DNA of 61,681 nt, filler included, from Sphacelaria rigidula (GCA_964200075.2; 6 parts of 6 records of this genome joined end to end with filler, not necessarily neighbours in it), one strand, 5' to 3'. Numbered from the whole stretch's first letter, positions 36,100-49,997 are shown. Translations and numbers: made by a program. Notes: generated by a model not told the origin, from the letters alone.

Positions 36100-37092
36100 T
36101 GTTAGTGCGCGCAGTGGTTTCAAAACACACATTCATGTAAATAAAACATGCTGCTTGCTGCTGTGTTCGACACCACGTACACTGCGTATCAGCCGCAGCG
36201 TGACTCTTTTGGTGGTACTACCTGCTCACTGCACAGCGGCAGGGTGCAGGGTGACGAAGCACACCGCAGGATGTCACATCCTTAGCATGTCCCTGTCCTG
36301 CATTGATCCGCGCTGCCCTATGCAATTCGCCACATCATGAACGCAGCCGCTTGTACCTGTGGCCAACGTGTTCGCGGGATATCACCCTCTATATATTCTA
36401 TACTGTGCGAAAATAGATAGATCTGCTTCGCATCGCGCCTCCAATTTCCCTATCCTTTCTTACATTGGAATGGAATGGAAAAGGGACAGAACAGACAGAC
36501 GCCCTCACAGTGTTGTTTCTTTTCGATAATATGGAAGCTTTCATCACGGTGAGGTGTGCGTTCTAGTAGTTGAAGTTATGTTCCGCAGTTTCAGTTATCT
36601 CGAGCTCAGACAGGAGGTCATGATGGGAAGAGGGTTGGGCACTGTTAGCTTCAGCAGCTCGCTTCACGGGCGATGTCGCACATGGGAGAAAGCTGCATGA
36701 CGCATGACATTCGTCAAAGCACACGTCGCAAGCGTTTTTTGCTGAAAAACTTCATGTATACACTAGAACAGGGCGAGTTGGTGCAGGGTTCTCTTGATAC
36801 GGGTCCCACTCTGTGCGCATCGGTCTTGAAACACACATCCTCGTCTGTTGTGCAAGAAATATGCTGTTTGCTGCTGTGTGTTCGACACTGCGTACCAACC
36901 GCGACGTTACACCTTCGGTGGTACCACCTGCTCATTGCACAGCGGCAGGGTGCGGGGCGACAAAGCACACTACAGGACGCCACATCCTCAGCCTACCCCT
37001 GTGATGTATTGATTTCGCGCTGCCCTATGCAGTTCGCCACATCATGGGCGCAACCGCTTGTATCCGCGGTCAACGTGCACGCGGGATATCAT
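36100..37092. repeat. Two diverged direct copies (~36100-36385, ~36812-37092), possibly a Harbinger-like transposase 3' end on the - strand
   Basis: Shared blocks TGCACAGCGGCAGGGTGC and TGCCCTATGCA[A/G]TTCGCCACATCATG. The minus-strand peptide YKMISRVHVDRGYKRLR weakly resembles the Harbinger/ISL2EU R..VE.....K motif. Confidence 0.65.
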
Positions 37093-39394
37093 TTTGTAAA
37101 GCGCTTCGTGTTGTAGCTATAACGTGCGTTTCCCCCAGGTTGCGCACGCAGGAGTGAAAGACCGCCTCTGCTGCTGTCATGGCTGCATGTATCTTGAGCG
37201 AAGCTGTATGGTAACACAGCCGCCATGGCGAGAAAGCCGCCTGTAGCAGTTGATACCCTGGAGGTTTTTACACACTGTTGTTGTCTCGAAGTGTAGCGTT
37301 GCACTTACCGACTTGAGGTACGAGTATTATACAAATTATAGTCGGCAATATATTTCATACTGTGTGCAGTACACTTCTAACACCGTGTTTGTACCGACTG
37401 TAAAATCTTCGTCCAGGGTCTGGGAAATTTCAACATGATGCAGGATCTGATTCATTTTTACATATAATCTGGCGCGGTGAGATGGTGAAAAAATCCACTA
37501 CATCTGGGCGAACTGCAGGTGAGGCAATCGCCAAAATATTCACCTGTGAACTCTGCAACNNNNNNNNNNCATAACTACCTTGCCGGCTGCCAGATTGTCA
37601 GGATCTTGAATCCACTAGCATTGCTACTGTCCGTACGGGGATGTTGCCCACTTGTCTTTTTTAATTCGGGAGCCCACATTTTTTCAATCTGCGACGGTTA
37701 TATACGAGCAATTCGAGAGCCAAGTTTTTGAATTTGAGAGCGCCACCTGTACAAACCCGCCCGCACATAGACGAGCACGTGTGATGCTTAGCGGGCAGGC
37801 GAACAGCACGCACATAGTTGACATGAACACAGCTACACACATAGAGGACATGCTCAGCGGGCAGGGTACACTTGTAACCATAACCTTGTTTGGTTTTGAG
37901 AAACGTCGATCCTGAGGTGTTTCGAACTACGATGCTGACCTCTAAGGCCGTGTTTGAACGAAACAAGGGGAATGATGATCATTTCGTGATAGTGATAGTG
38001 AAGTGACGGTTCATAACTCCATTTTCAAGAGAAATCATGCCCCGTTCTGATCGATCATGCTAGGTTGGGAAACAAGTGATAGATGAACTGTGAAACAGCA
38101 CGGGAACAGACCAGCGACTTCAAGGAGGGCGGCAATCACGCGCAAGGAGGTATGGGTAGTGTCGCAGGTCGAAACGCGGACTGCGTTCCGCACGAGAAGG
38201 AGAAGAAGCAACAACACCAGTATCAGCAGCATCTTTACTACCAGTAGATGTACGCGGCTGGGGGTGAGTCTAAATCAGCCGGTGCTGATACTGCTGCTGC
38301 TGCTGCTGCTGCTGCCGTTTTTCCTCATGGGAGAAACGGTCCGCGTTTCAATCGTGCTACAACGCCCACGCACCTTACGCACGGGACCGCATTTGGATTT
38401 CCGTCAAACAAGGGCTGTCTCGTGTGGATGATGAGCTAGCGCTAGAACAATGCGCGTGAGTGGTGGGTGTCTATGCGTCGCAGAAATCCAATGCGTCACA
38501 GAAATCCAATGCTGAATCTGGAATAGCCTGAGACAAGAACCAATTTGAAAATTGGACTGACCGATGCTGCGTCGTTTTTTTAAATCTGGAGCCCACGCAG
38601 CAGATTTGAACGACACGGCAGTAACGAAACAACTCACGCAGAAATGGGGGGAAGAACTATTACATGAGACATCAAGGCAGACAGCTCCTGTCATCAAACG
38701 GTTGGGATAGAGCAGCTCCGTGCCGGATCAGTTTGTTCGCCCCAACGTGCACGCGTCCGCCTTGCGTATCTCCTCCGATCCCAGCACCCGGCTATAGCTG
38801 AAGTACGGGCGGAGACACAGCTGCACAGTCGTCACGCGATCGTTTCATCGTTTCACCTTTGTGTACAGATAGTACCTAGTGTGCAGCACTTTGATCTCAT
38901 CTCACTTCTGTGCTTACCGGAACACCGCATGCAGCACTACAACTGTTCAGGCATTCTCCCGCGCACATCACACCATGTTCGTCGTAGAGTGTACAAATGC
39001 ACAACAGCACAGCGACAACTATAGCATAGAAATCATGGGTGTGGGAAGTGCCTTGTTCGTTGCAACAAGAGAAGCTGATGCATACTGTATACAGTTCGTG
39101 TTAAGGTTTTAAAAAGCACTGCAGAAACTGTGCTGTGCTGTGTTGTATTCAGGTTAGCACTCTGTACTCCATATACCACTGCAGACTTGTGTTGTGTTAA
39201 GTCTAGTACCCTTTACTCCATATAATGTGGTCGCGTTTTTTTTAACAAGCTCTGCTTGTTTTTTTTCAAGTTCTGGTTGTTTTTTAAAGGTATTCCGAAA
39301 ACAACGAGACAGTCTTCTGTCACAGAAATCCAATGCCGAATCTGGAATAGCCTGAGAAAACAACCAACTTGAAAATGGGAAAGATCGAACTCAT

Positions 39395-39545
39395 GGTCGA
39401 CGAGAGAAAGGGGCTGCTGAACCCCTCTCGCGATGAAAAAAAAAAGCAAGCATCACAGAATGAAGGTGGAAAACTAAACCAAACAAAAGAAGAACTTCTG
39501 TGTTGGCCTTCCTGTGTGACTCCGGCTGGTGCGTCCACATATACC
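39395..39545 (+). mobile_element. SINE family A internal fragment
   Basis: GTCGACGAG...TGCTGAACCCCTCTCGCGAT...GAAGGTGGA...CCGGCTG matches 9820-9970. Confidence 0.75.
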
Positions 39546-39554
39546 TATAAACAG

Positions 39555-40175
39555 CGTGGAATCGAATTTGAGGTTCATCATTTGGGAAAGGCTGAAGTCC
39601 CCATCAAAGTTTCATTTGTTTCGTTCAATAGGCTCGGGATACGCAAGCGGTTTTGGCCATGTAACCCTAACCCAGAAGTTTATATACAGCAGCCCAAGCA
39701 TGATGAGCAGTTCAAAAGAAAAAACGCCGTCATGGTGCGGCATATTTTCAACAGGACGTGCCTCTGAGCGCTGCAGGACACGTGGCAAGGCGACGTCCCC
39801 GTCGTGCAACTGCCGCTGACGTAAGTACGGTGCTGGCCGTTTGCGTGCATGCATATTTTCGAAGTGAATAGCAAGGGAAATGTAGCAGCGAGGTACTCGC
39901 CTGCTGTGCAGACAAGAGCGTGAGCTACCGCACCTCTGTAATGTCTACTAAGCTCCTGGCAGCCCGGGGGAAAATACAGTCAGATGGGTGACCGAACAAA
40001 AATAAAACTGGACACACACACAACGAGATGGTGGAAACTCCCACGGTTGTTTTTTTTTCGCCAGTAGCGCCCATGAGAGGTGCTTCATCCAGTCTGAACA
40101 AGATATCACGTCTTATATGGTCACTTTCTTCCTGGCAGAGTTGGGAACTGGTGTCGGGGTGGGCTGCATCGCTGC
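39555..40175 (-). repeat. Dispersed repeat homologous to 20740-21390
   Basis: See 20740-21390. Confidence 0.75.
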
Positions 40176-40387
40176 ATCGGGCAGCGTGGTTGCGACCCGT
40201 TTTTTGTTTTTGAGAACCCGCAGATGAGGTAGCAAAAACCCAGCACATACAGCCTCCCCCCACCCCCCGCCATCGTTGTACCTTTGCACAACTATGTACA
40301 TATATATGCAGAAGATGTGCTTAATCACTCACTCGCAGTAGTGTCCAGCATTGCGTAGGAGGAGGTGTGCGGGAGAGGTACGGCCCC

Positions 40388-41021
40388 ATCTATTATTGCA
40401 CACAGTAGTAGCAGCTCCCGCCACCGGGTTGGCGAGCCTACAGCCCGCGAAACCCTCATAATAATGCAGTACAGTAGTATGCCCAGGGTCAGTTGTATGG
40501 TTTGTATAGTTCTTCGAAGTAACCTCTCCTCTAGGTCCCAAAGGGGGTCTGAACTGCCCAGGGAAAGTGCTGGCACACTCTTCCTCAGATATGATTTGTA
40601 ACAACTGTGGGGGTTAGGATTAGTTCGCAGGGAAAGTCCTGAAGGGACGGATGGTTTTGTTGGGAAGCAGTCGTTCATTGTAACGAGTATAAACCGTTCA
40701 AGCAAGGAATATTCGATTCTGAACGGGAAAAGATGTACTATAGTGCCCCTGAGCACTATTCTACATGCTTCATTTCGAGCGATGTTCCCCAAGTACCCCC
40801 ACAGTTGTCACAAATCATATCTGAGGAAGAGTGTGCCAGCACTTTCCCTGGGCAGTTCAGACCCCCTTTGGGACCTAGAGGAGAGGTTACTTCGAAACAC
40901 TATACAAACCATACAACTGACCCTGAGCATACTACTGTACTGCATTTTTAGGGGGGTTTCGCGGGTTGTAGGCTCGCCAACCCGGTGGCGGGAACTGCTA
41001 CTACTGTGTGCAATAATAGAT
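40388..41021. repeat. Long inverted repeat: 227-bp arms (40388-40614, 40795-41021) around a 180-bp spacer
   Basis: The arms are near-identical reverse complements; the same conceptual peptide KSYLRKSVPALSLGSSDPLWDLEERLLR appears on both strands. Confidence 0.95.
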
Positions 41022-41088
41022 AACAGTAAATTGTGCGAATTGAGGTTTAACTATGAGATGAGGCTCAAGTGGGCAACCCGACTTGCGA

Positions 41089-41188
41089 NNNNNNNNNNNN
41101 NNNNNNNNNNNNNNNNNNNNNNNNNNNNNNNNTTAATTAATTAANNNNNNNNNNNNNNNNNNNNNNNNNNNNNNNNNNNNNNNNNNNN
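41089..41188. other. Artificial contig spacer
   Basis: 100-bp N run with TTAATTAATTAA. Confidence 0.98.
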
Positions 41189-41493
41189 CATCCCTACAAA
41201 GCCGGAACGGAGCACGCCGGGTTTTCGCCGAACCAGGGGGGGGGTGTACTCATGATCATGCATGCCATAGCCGGACCAGGGGGGGGAGTACGTCTATCTA
41301 TAATGGTCGTCGCCACGGCTGAATCATGACTCGTAGCGGGTCGCTTAATGTGAGACGATCAATCAATCAATCATATCCTACCAACCGCTATAATGACACA
41401 CTGATGGTACAGTACATTGTCTTATGTGGTACCTACGTGTAACAAGTCCATTTGCTGATGATACAGCGAGAGGCGTTGCACAACGGTCGTCAC

Positions 41494-44400
41494 CTTCCTG
41501 GCTTCGAGCACTCTCGCTAGCTCGCGCCGTGCCTGTACCTCGAGAGCCCGCGCCTGGTCCCGAGCCAGTAACGCATCTTCGACCTGACGATGTCATCATG
41601 AAACGAAAAAAGAATACTGGCAATCAAGCTCGAACACCAAAATTCGACGGAGCTGGGCGTTGTGCATGTTTCAGAACACATTTGGTGACCGTACGTGGAC
41701 ATGTAGCTTGGCCGGTGGCCGAGCCTTCAGATACATGTGCACTGACGAACGGGTCAGGGCAGCATATCTTCCTGGCGACAATATATAGCGTCCTTCGTGT
41801 CTGCCGACCTATCTCCAGGTGACCGTGTATGTGTACGAATGCGGGGAGCATGTTGTTGCGCTAGCAGTCCACCTGTACGTACAATCCTTCGGACACGGTA
41901 TCTCTCCTTCTCTCCCTCTTTTCTTCGCGTTTCCGTGACACTCACGACGAGGCCGTTGCTGGAGGGATCGATGAATATATCCCCCTCAGAACTGGTTCCG
42001 TCTTGAAAGGGATGAGGGTCAATGGTCAAACGACTAAGGTAAGCAACACATGAGTACGCCCGTCATCCCCAACACCTGCCTGGCATTTTTTTTTATCGAG
42101 AGCTGTATCAGCAGTTCCGGGGCCTCTCCACTTTCGTTAATGTTTCTGTCGACTCATGTCCCTACGCTTTCCCCGACAGGAACTAGAACAAAATAATATT
42201 ACTGTCGGGACTTGAACTCCCTGCTACTACACCACCGAGGCTGGCCGATCATGTCCGAGTCCAACCACGGTGGCGCGGATAGGAGATCATATGCGTGTAC
42301 TGTACAATTCGTCGGATGTCAACGATGAAAGAGAACAAGCACCCATCTTGCAGTAGCTTCATGTGTACACATATTTACATCAGTCTCAGTAGGTGACCCG
42401 GTTTAACATTCACCTGTTCAACTCAGAGCACATCCAAAACCCACACCCATTACGAGATCGGGAAACCTGGATTTCTCCGTGCTCATTCGCCACGCGGTAT
42501 TTCGTCACTGCCTGCAAGGGAAACAGCAACTTGTGCTGCGCTTTCAAGTTATCCTCGTGTATTTTTGGTTCGGCAGTTTCCTCATCCGAATTTTTCGAAA
42601 CCACACTTTGTTTTTTTTGTTTTTTACGTATTTGTCTACTATATCGTTCTGTTCGACTTTTACTGTTCCTTCTTGCTCTCCAGCGAGTTTTTCAGTCTTG
42701 TTCTGCCTCGGGTAGGTCGATCATGTGACCATGGCTGTATCCCTGGGGGGTCGGTTTAGAGTGCGACAATCAATCCATCAAATCAATCAATGAAAACTCT
42801 GAAACGTGTCGAGTGCTAGAGGGCGGGTCGGGCTCTCACCTTTTTCTTGCTTTCCTTGGCGAGGCTGGCGGTCGAGTCTTCTCTTGCAGAAAGTTCCGCG
42901 ATTTGCCTCTCCATGCCCGACATCACCTGTCCACGTAACAGCAGAATCAAAATAGGGACGCGGATGGGGGCTAAGAAAAACGGCTAGAACACACCAGAAG
43001 AAATGCAGGGACGCAAAACACGAGAGAAAGTCCCGAACGCTCCTTTTACCCCCAGCATCTAGTGACATCGGCGTTTTATTGTCCTCTTGTCTTCTGATCA
43101 TGCATATGTATGCCTATATATATATATATATATGTATACTTATGAATTCAAGTATTCCGCCATTTTGCATACCTTCTTTTGTTTCTACCTTATTTTTATA
43201 ACGTCATGACGTCACTTGGAAGAATTATTTCCAGTTATATTTCCGGCGTCGGGATACCGGAAAAAGGCAGGCAATATACCGTACCATGCGGCGTCAGCCA
43301 ATTTATACAACAGTATCATACTTGTGTGTACTTTCGGTAAAAACACAGCAATCGAGCTTACCGTGAGCATGCCTTCGGCGTCTCGCCTGGTAGATTCGAG
43401 CTCTCTCTGAAGCTTCCTCGCTCTGTCCCCGTTGCCGTCAGCCTCTTGACTCCGAGCTGCGAGTAGCCCTACCTTGCCCGGAAGTTCGACGCGTGTTTGT
43501 GCCGAGGGAATGGGGGATGTCCCACCAGGAGACCCATCAGGAGGGATTTCACCCATGTATCAGTGTTCGACTTTGAGGGGACGGCAGGAGAAGAATCGAA
43601 GACCAGCTCGCGACTCACGTCTCGTTTTCATTAAAGCCGAAGAGGTAATGTTTATAACGCATTCAAGAGCGAAAGTGAGCATGTGTTCTGACAAGAACCA
43701 CAAGTACCAGTCATGAGGAAAGCTGCCGGCAGAGAACGGCTGAACAGGAAACGGCCGTCGCCCCAACCAACACCAGAAGGGTGAACACAGAGGGGCGAGA
43801 AGCTGGGGGGCATCGCGAACAATCAAGCGTGCGTTGGGGGGGATATCTCCTACATTCGGGTAGTATTTTGAAAACTCGGATTTCACGTACCCAAAACTTG
43901 CGTAGAGCAATGAAATCGCACCCAACAGTACCTAAATACTTGGTAGAGTTCTACGGTCGTGCTTCACTTTACCCAACATTTCGGTAGAGGTCGGAGATGG
44001 GATCATCACAACACATTTTGGGTAGAATTTGAAGAGTGGGCCATCACAACACAAGGCGTTTGTTCGGGAGAGCAAATACCCGGGTATTTACCCTACCCAA
44101 CCCACTCTTGAGAACAAAAAAACATAATCGGCTTCGGTACAACGAGCAGACAGCAGACGCCAGCTAAGATTGTCAAAAAGGCGTCAGTGAAGGGAACACG
44201 CAGGTCGAAGCGATCATGCTCTGTGGTTTCGTCCTTTTGTTACAAAACGGCCGAATACCGAACCGGCTGAACATACAGATAACAGAGTGTCCCCAATGCC
44301 TGCTAGTTCCCCATGAAACCGAGAGGTCGTGGGTGGAAACGCAAACACAAACCGACCCAGAACATTCGGCGAGAGGGCGACGACATTCGCGAGAGACGTG

Positions 44401-47400
44401 ACTTGCCTTGTAGCTCGGTGATACGTTTCCCGGCGGCATGCACCCTTTCCGCCGTGACATCCGCGTCGCTTTCCACCTGCCGCTCCAGGCCGGCTTTCGC
44501 GGCCTCCAAATCCGTCAGATTCGAGGCCAACTGCCTCGCATCTTCCTTAGACATTCGTAGTTGTTCTTCAACCTTGTGTTGTTTGTTTTGCCGAACGCAT
44601 CGGAAGGGAAACGACGACGGGAAGAGCAGAGAAACGTCATTTTGCAGGGAAATTAGAAGCTATATACTTGTTCTTTCAGAGTCGAGGAAATGAACGGGGC
44701 GGGGGGGGGGGGCGTACTCATTCATTGCTTGCCTCAGCCGTTTGACCATTGACCACACATCCTCTTTCGAGACGGAGCACCGTTCCTACTCCTCATAGAG
44801 AGACACCTCCGACACTCCGGCGCTCATTACGTTTCTTCCATACATTACACAGAAACCTTTTACATGCATTATCCTTGGGGGGGGGGGGCGTGTAAAAGAC
44901 AAGACAGAGAAGAACTGTTTCGGAAAAAGAATGTAGGCGTGTTGTGTTCTTTCTCGAAACAAGCTTCGGGGGAGAGCACACGAAGTGAAACAACAGATGG
45001 GCAAGAGAAACAGCGCGTGCCACGAAAGCAAAAGGCGGTTGGTGTATCAGCATCGTGTTGGTAGGAACAGTAAACAGCAAAAATCCATCACCACTAAAAC
45101 AACGACGTGGCGGACACACGAGTATTCTTCCATGAGATAAAATATTGGTCGGCGCACGGTGGCAGCACCGCGTTAGCACAGGGACAACAGCAGCAACCCG
45201 GTATGACGTAGGAGCTCTTTGGCCGTCAAGGAGTGTATCCGTCTGTGGAATCGGCATCATGTGTACAGGGAAAACGACTCCCAGACTCAGGTATTCATGC
45301 TCGGGTGCTAAAAGGGTGAAGTTCATGACGTGGTGGATGACCTATGTTTATTTGTTTTCTCACCTCGGACAGAGCGGACTCTCTTTCCGACAAGGCGTTG
45401 ACGGCCTTCATCAATTCGCCCTCCGCGTGGGCCTTCTCTCTCTGCAGTCGAGGCACCTGCTCCTCCAGCGACCTTTCGACGGAAATAGAAATGTAGACGA
45501 ATCCATAGTAGTTGTGTTGAAGATCAACAACAAACAGGAAACTGCGGGCGGGGAGTCGCAACTACTGCAAAACTGCGGCAAAACAAAAAGCCATCGTAGA
45601 ACAATATAGAAAGACGGCGCCCATGGTATGTCAGTGAAAAAATGAGTTGGAAAATGGCCGGAGAAAAACGAACAAGGCATCGAAAGAAAACCAGCAGATA
45701 TATATACATATATATATATATATATAAGTTGCAGCACCGCGGAGATTATATTTGAGGAAATGCACACCGCGCACGCTCCGGGAGCGACGCCTCATCATGG
45801 GTAAGAGGAGCAGACCCGAACCTACTGGAGAAGAGTTAGATTGTATAGCGGAAGATGACCTAGCGACACACCGTACAGCGGAGGATGAACTAGCGCTACA
45901 TGTCGCATACTGCGGTTGTAGCTATTGCTAAAACACTGGGTAGTGAATATCGTTGCGTGGTCGGTGTCAGCTCAGTTCTCGATGCCATGGATCATGGCAC
46001 ATGTACTTCGTTCGTTCAGTGGTCTATTGTACCATACTTCGTGCAGCCGAAGATCCGGAGCAAGCGAAGACACTGGACACAGCAATGGATGGTTTTCCAT
46101 CTTGACGGGGCTCGCTGCCTCTGTTCCTCTCCATCTCAACCCAATAGTGTCGAGGTCCTGCGTTACTGGCCGCAGAATATTGGATAAGGAATATTGAAAA
46201 TTCGTGCATCTAGTGGAGCAAGTGAGGGTGTCATCGTATCGCCGCACTATACCGCAGCGGCAGCGGCGCTTACCTTAGGCCTAGGCCCGCCTCGCTGAGT
46301 GCGTTCGTAAGCGCAACCATTTGTGTCTCTCGCTCGTCGAAATCCTGATGAACCACGTCCAGTTCTTTCGCCATGGCCGACGTCTTTCAAAATGTGTGTC
46401 AACACACGAACAGCAGCAGCAGCGGGGGCAGACACGACCACAGCAGAAACGACAACAGCAATGACAGCGATACAATCGATGCGAAAAGTAAGTGGCTCAT
46501 CCACAGTCCATGTACGAGCAAATCGGCATACAGTAGTACCCTTTATCGTCCGTACTGCTTGCACATGGAGAAAAAAAAACGTTGTGGAAAGAAATCACTT
46601 CGCATTTGACAAACATACCGTAAACCCTACACGTATGTGTACCTGGTCAGCCATTATGGTATTCTCCGCCATGAGGATATTTATTCTCTCGTTCAACTCC
46701 CCCACCATCTCCCTCGCACCAATTCCGCCCAGCCCACCCGCCGCCCCCGTCTGCTGTACCAGGTCATCCAACTCTCGCACGTGCTGCTCCCTGAGCTAGG
46801 ATACGGTACCGCACAGGACCGATTTGGCGACAAGCTCAGGCGTAAGCGGGGTTTGACAGTTAGCTGCAGAAGCTGAGGTAGTAATATCACCGTTGGACTA
46901 TACTATAATAGAGTGATGAGCCTGTGGCGGAAGGTTGGAGATTATATAAATGAAGCGAACTGTTCTCTTCTGGGACATATCTCAGATGTGATGCATGAGA
47001 GGTTCGTTCATGGCGCTAAATAATAAAAACGGGCGAGACGCATGATGTGTTTCCTATAAATTTTCCTTGGCAAGATTAATTCCCTCGGAACAGCTTCGGA
47101 GATGATGTCGCCCATGAAAAAGCAGTTGAAGAACTTGCCTCATGTCATCTTCGATGTAATTTTTCTTCGGTCAATCAAAGCAACCGGCCCATTGTTTTCG
47201 ACCAAAATTCCGAACTCCCGATTAAATTGTTTTTCTTAATCCTTAGCGAGTACATTTACAGAAATTCCCTAGGACGAATTTACTGCAGCAAATACCAAAT
47301 ACAACGCGCGTGGATGACGTCCACTGTCGGCCAAGGAATGTTGACCAAATCATATATCATGAGTTTTTCTTCTGGCCAATTGAAAATCTGCGTGCCGCTT

Positions 47401-48975
47401 TACTTCCTGTCAGTCGGGACGTATACCCGGTGGGGGCTTCTTCTTTCGTCTTGATATCCCCAGTGGCTGTGGGGGTGATGTCCATTTTCAGTGGGGCTCT
47501 CCCTCGAGTACCATATGGCGCGAACAGAATATTCTCCCTTGTGTGTGAGATCTCGCACAAGTGCGATTCAGTGTAACTACTGGAAATACCAAAGCGAGTG
47601 GGACTTTGTTGCAGCGATTCGAGTCGAAGGATCTTGGGGCGCAAGAGTATTGTACCGCGCTACAGTGGGACCCCTGCACCACGGGCGACTGCTGAATCTT
47701 GTGCCTGCAGGAGTCATCGTGAGTGAAAATCCGTCAACAGAATGATCATTGGAAACCTCTAGACTGCACTGGTGTTCGCACGTAACACTCAGGTTTCATG
47801 GGCATCATCGGCAAGCACACGCTGATCAAAAACGCAAAATACGTTACGGCGCAGTACCCTTAAATGTTGGGTGTCTCACCTGGTCGTTCTCATCCACCAG
47901 CTGTTGGGTGCGGCTGGCGAGCTCTTCCATGCTTCCCTTCTGACTACTCACCTGTCCTTCGAGATCCTGAACGACCAAGCAGAAACGAGCGGCGACGAAC
48001 GCACGACATGGCGGACGGAAGAACTAAGATGAGTCCTAGTGTAGAGAGAGCAGAGTACCGCGAGTATTGACCGAGTGATTCTGAAATCTCCACATGACAT
48101 ATGTTGACCGTTCCTCCACGTAGGTCTGAAAAAGACATCCTGCAAATAAGCATGAGGAAGTTAGCCGATCATGACAGACCACGTCCCTCATGATACACGC
48201 ACAAACGTCCTCAATAAAAACGCCATTCCCACCCTTTGCCTCCCCCGCTTTCGATTCAGTCAGGCAAAGCTAGAATCCCTTGCTCCTGAAGTGGTGCAAA
48301 GCGTCCGTCGTGTTGCGAAACTCACAAGGTAGGTGTTGTTCTCAAAGAACATGGACACGGTCGTTTTTGCTCAAGAAGCACGACGACTGACAAAACCTCA
48401 CCTGTATTCTGGCATCGTAGGCAGCGAGTAGGGGAGACATCACCTCCGAAGATGTCACCCACGGGGGCAACTCGTCCTCTATACCATCCCGGCGTATCCC
48501 CCCCGCCCCCGCACTATTCACGTCACCAGAAAAACCCTCTCTTGTCCCATGATCCTCACCCCCTTCATTTTCAGCCGCCGCCGCCGCAGCCGCAGCTGCG
48601 GCTTGAGGGTGGCGAATCTGATGCCTTTTCAGCTCTGCGCTCACTCGTCGGACCTGGGATCATGGGAGCAAGTTTCATTTGAGCGTTGAGTGTCGCCTTT
48701 CCGGATAATTTAATCTTCGCCTGATGAGTAGATGGGAGTTTGCATGGTGAAAATCTCAAGTCTTGGCCCCGCATAGAACATTCACCCATATTTACTCCCA
48801 ATATGTTCTCTCCAACACGGCTCACGCTTACAAATATTGTACGAATACCAAATAATGGTGGGGTTTTCAAGTAACGATTTTTTACCTGATTCTCGAGGAA
48901 GACGTTTTCCTTCCGCAAGCGCGCCAGCTCTTGCTCGTACAGCCGCTTGTTCGCGAGAGCATCCACTACCAGTGC
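41494..48975 (-). CDS. CEP89: CEP89-like centriolar coiled-coil protein, partial; exons 48975-48886, 48653-48402, 47966-47880, 46795-46643, 46383-46274, 45472-45364, 44572-44407, 43468-43362, 42926-42840, 41583-41494
   Basis: The exons splice in phase into one uninterrupted coiled-coil frame (AG acceptors, GT donors, one GC donor). ELPPWVTSSEVMSPLLAAYDARI followed by QQLVDENDQL and ILMAENTIMADQ resembles, from recall, the CEP89 PPWL...SPLLLAYE / VxEN / LEEN pattern. The gene continues beyond the contig end. Confidence 0.75.
44696..44890 (+). repeat. Dispersed repeat in an intron, homologous to 51538-51720
   Basis: Poly-G followed by ...TTGCTTGCC...CTTTCGAG...CACCGTT[C/T]CTACTCCT...TTACGTTTCTTCCA in both copies. 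Confidence 0.75.
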
Positions 48976-49621
48976 CTGTGATGCGCCCCCCCACCCAGTC
49001 GATACAGCACAAGGCAGCCGCAGGTGCACGGGCACAAACTCAAAGACATTCAAGTTCTCCTTGCCCAGTCGGTAGCGGGGGCGAAACGCATCCCCGCCTC
49101 TTGTCGACGAGAAGGTCAGCGTAGACCAATATTATTTACGCACTGGATTGCCGCGGGCTACTGTAAGGTCTAGTATTCTGGTGAACGTTGTCATATATTG
49201 TTCAATTATCGAATTCTCATATCGCTCAACCATCGGAATTATCGTATCTGCGACCATCGCGCTTATTGCGTCTCTCATCGACCTAGTGTATGTTCAGTGC
49301 CCCCGGCCTAACTTACGGCTCCCAGATCCGCGATTATCTCACTAGATCTTGTTCGCGTCTGAATAACGGCAGGCCTGCTCGTGTGGTTTCGTGTACAGCG
49401 CGTGGCGGAGAACACCACCCCGTACTGGAGACAACAGGGTATTACCTATTATAGGATCATTCCCGAAGCGTGTGGCGACTCACGCCCCCAAATTCGTGTA
49501 CATGAATGACATCCTTGGACGGTCCAGAGCCTTGCCTCTGCAAAAATCGAGGTTGTTTGCGAAGCTCACCGCGGGGGTTGTGATTTGATTGATAGTACGC
49601 CAATTTGTATACCGTACATGT

Positions 49622-49997
49622 GCCGATCCCCCCCGGCGGCTCAGTTGGTATCCTCGAAACCTTCTGACGGTTGGGAGGTGGGTTCAAATCTCGGTGAGGG
49701 CACACGATCTGGGATTTTTCTCACATCATGCCCAACAGTGGAGAGCGACCATGTCGTGGGCACACAGGGTTCGATTTTGCGGTCGACGAGGAAAAGAGAC
49801 CGCTGAACCCTCCCCGCGATAAAAAAAAAAGACAAGCACCGCAGAAAGAAGGTGGAGTGCTAAACAAAATAAAGATGAACTCCTGTGTTGTCCTTCGTCC
49901 TGGGTGATCCCGGCTGATACGTCCGCATATAGATATCGAAAGGTGTACACTGGCGTCCAGAATAGATGGGATGGCAACACACATACGCACATACAAT
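49622..49997 (+). mobile_element. tRNA-derived SINE, family A, near full length
   Basis: CGGCTCAGTTGG A box and GGTTCAAATCTC B box (49681); body colinear with 9663-10037; CA-rich tail. Confidence 0.8.

Noticed and set aside
39661-39675. Telomere-like TAACCCTAACCC (also 21280-21295)
   Set aside because: Only two units, embedded in a dispersed repeat.
40325-41144. Twin ORFs with near-identical peptides on opposite strands
   Set aside because: Explained by the inverted repeat; no coding evidence.
42410-42604. Possible extra CEP89-like exon
   Set aside because: Exons 42926-42840 and 41583-41494 already join in phase, and this segment lacks coiled-coil character.
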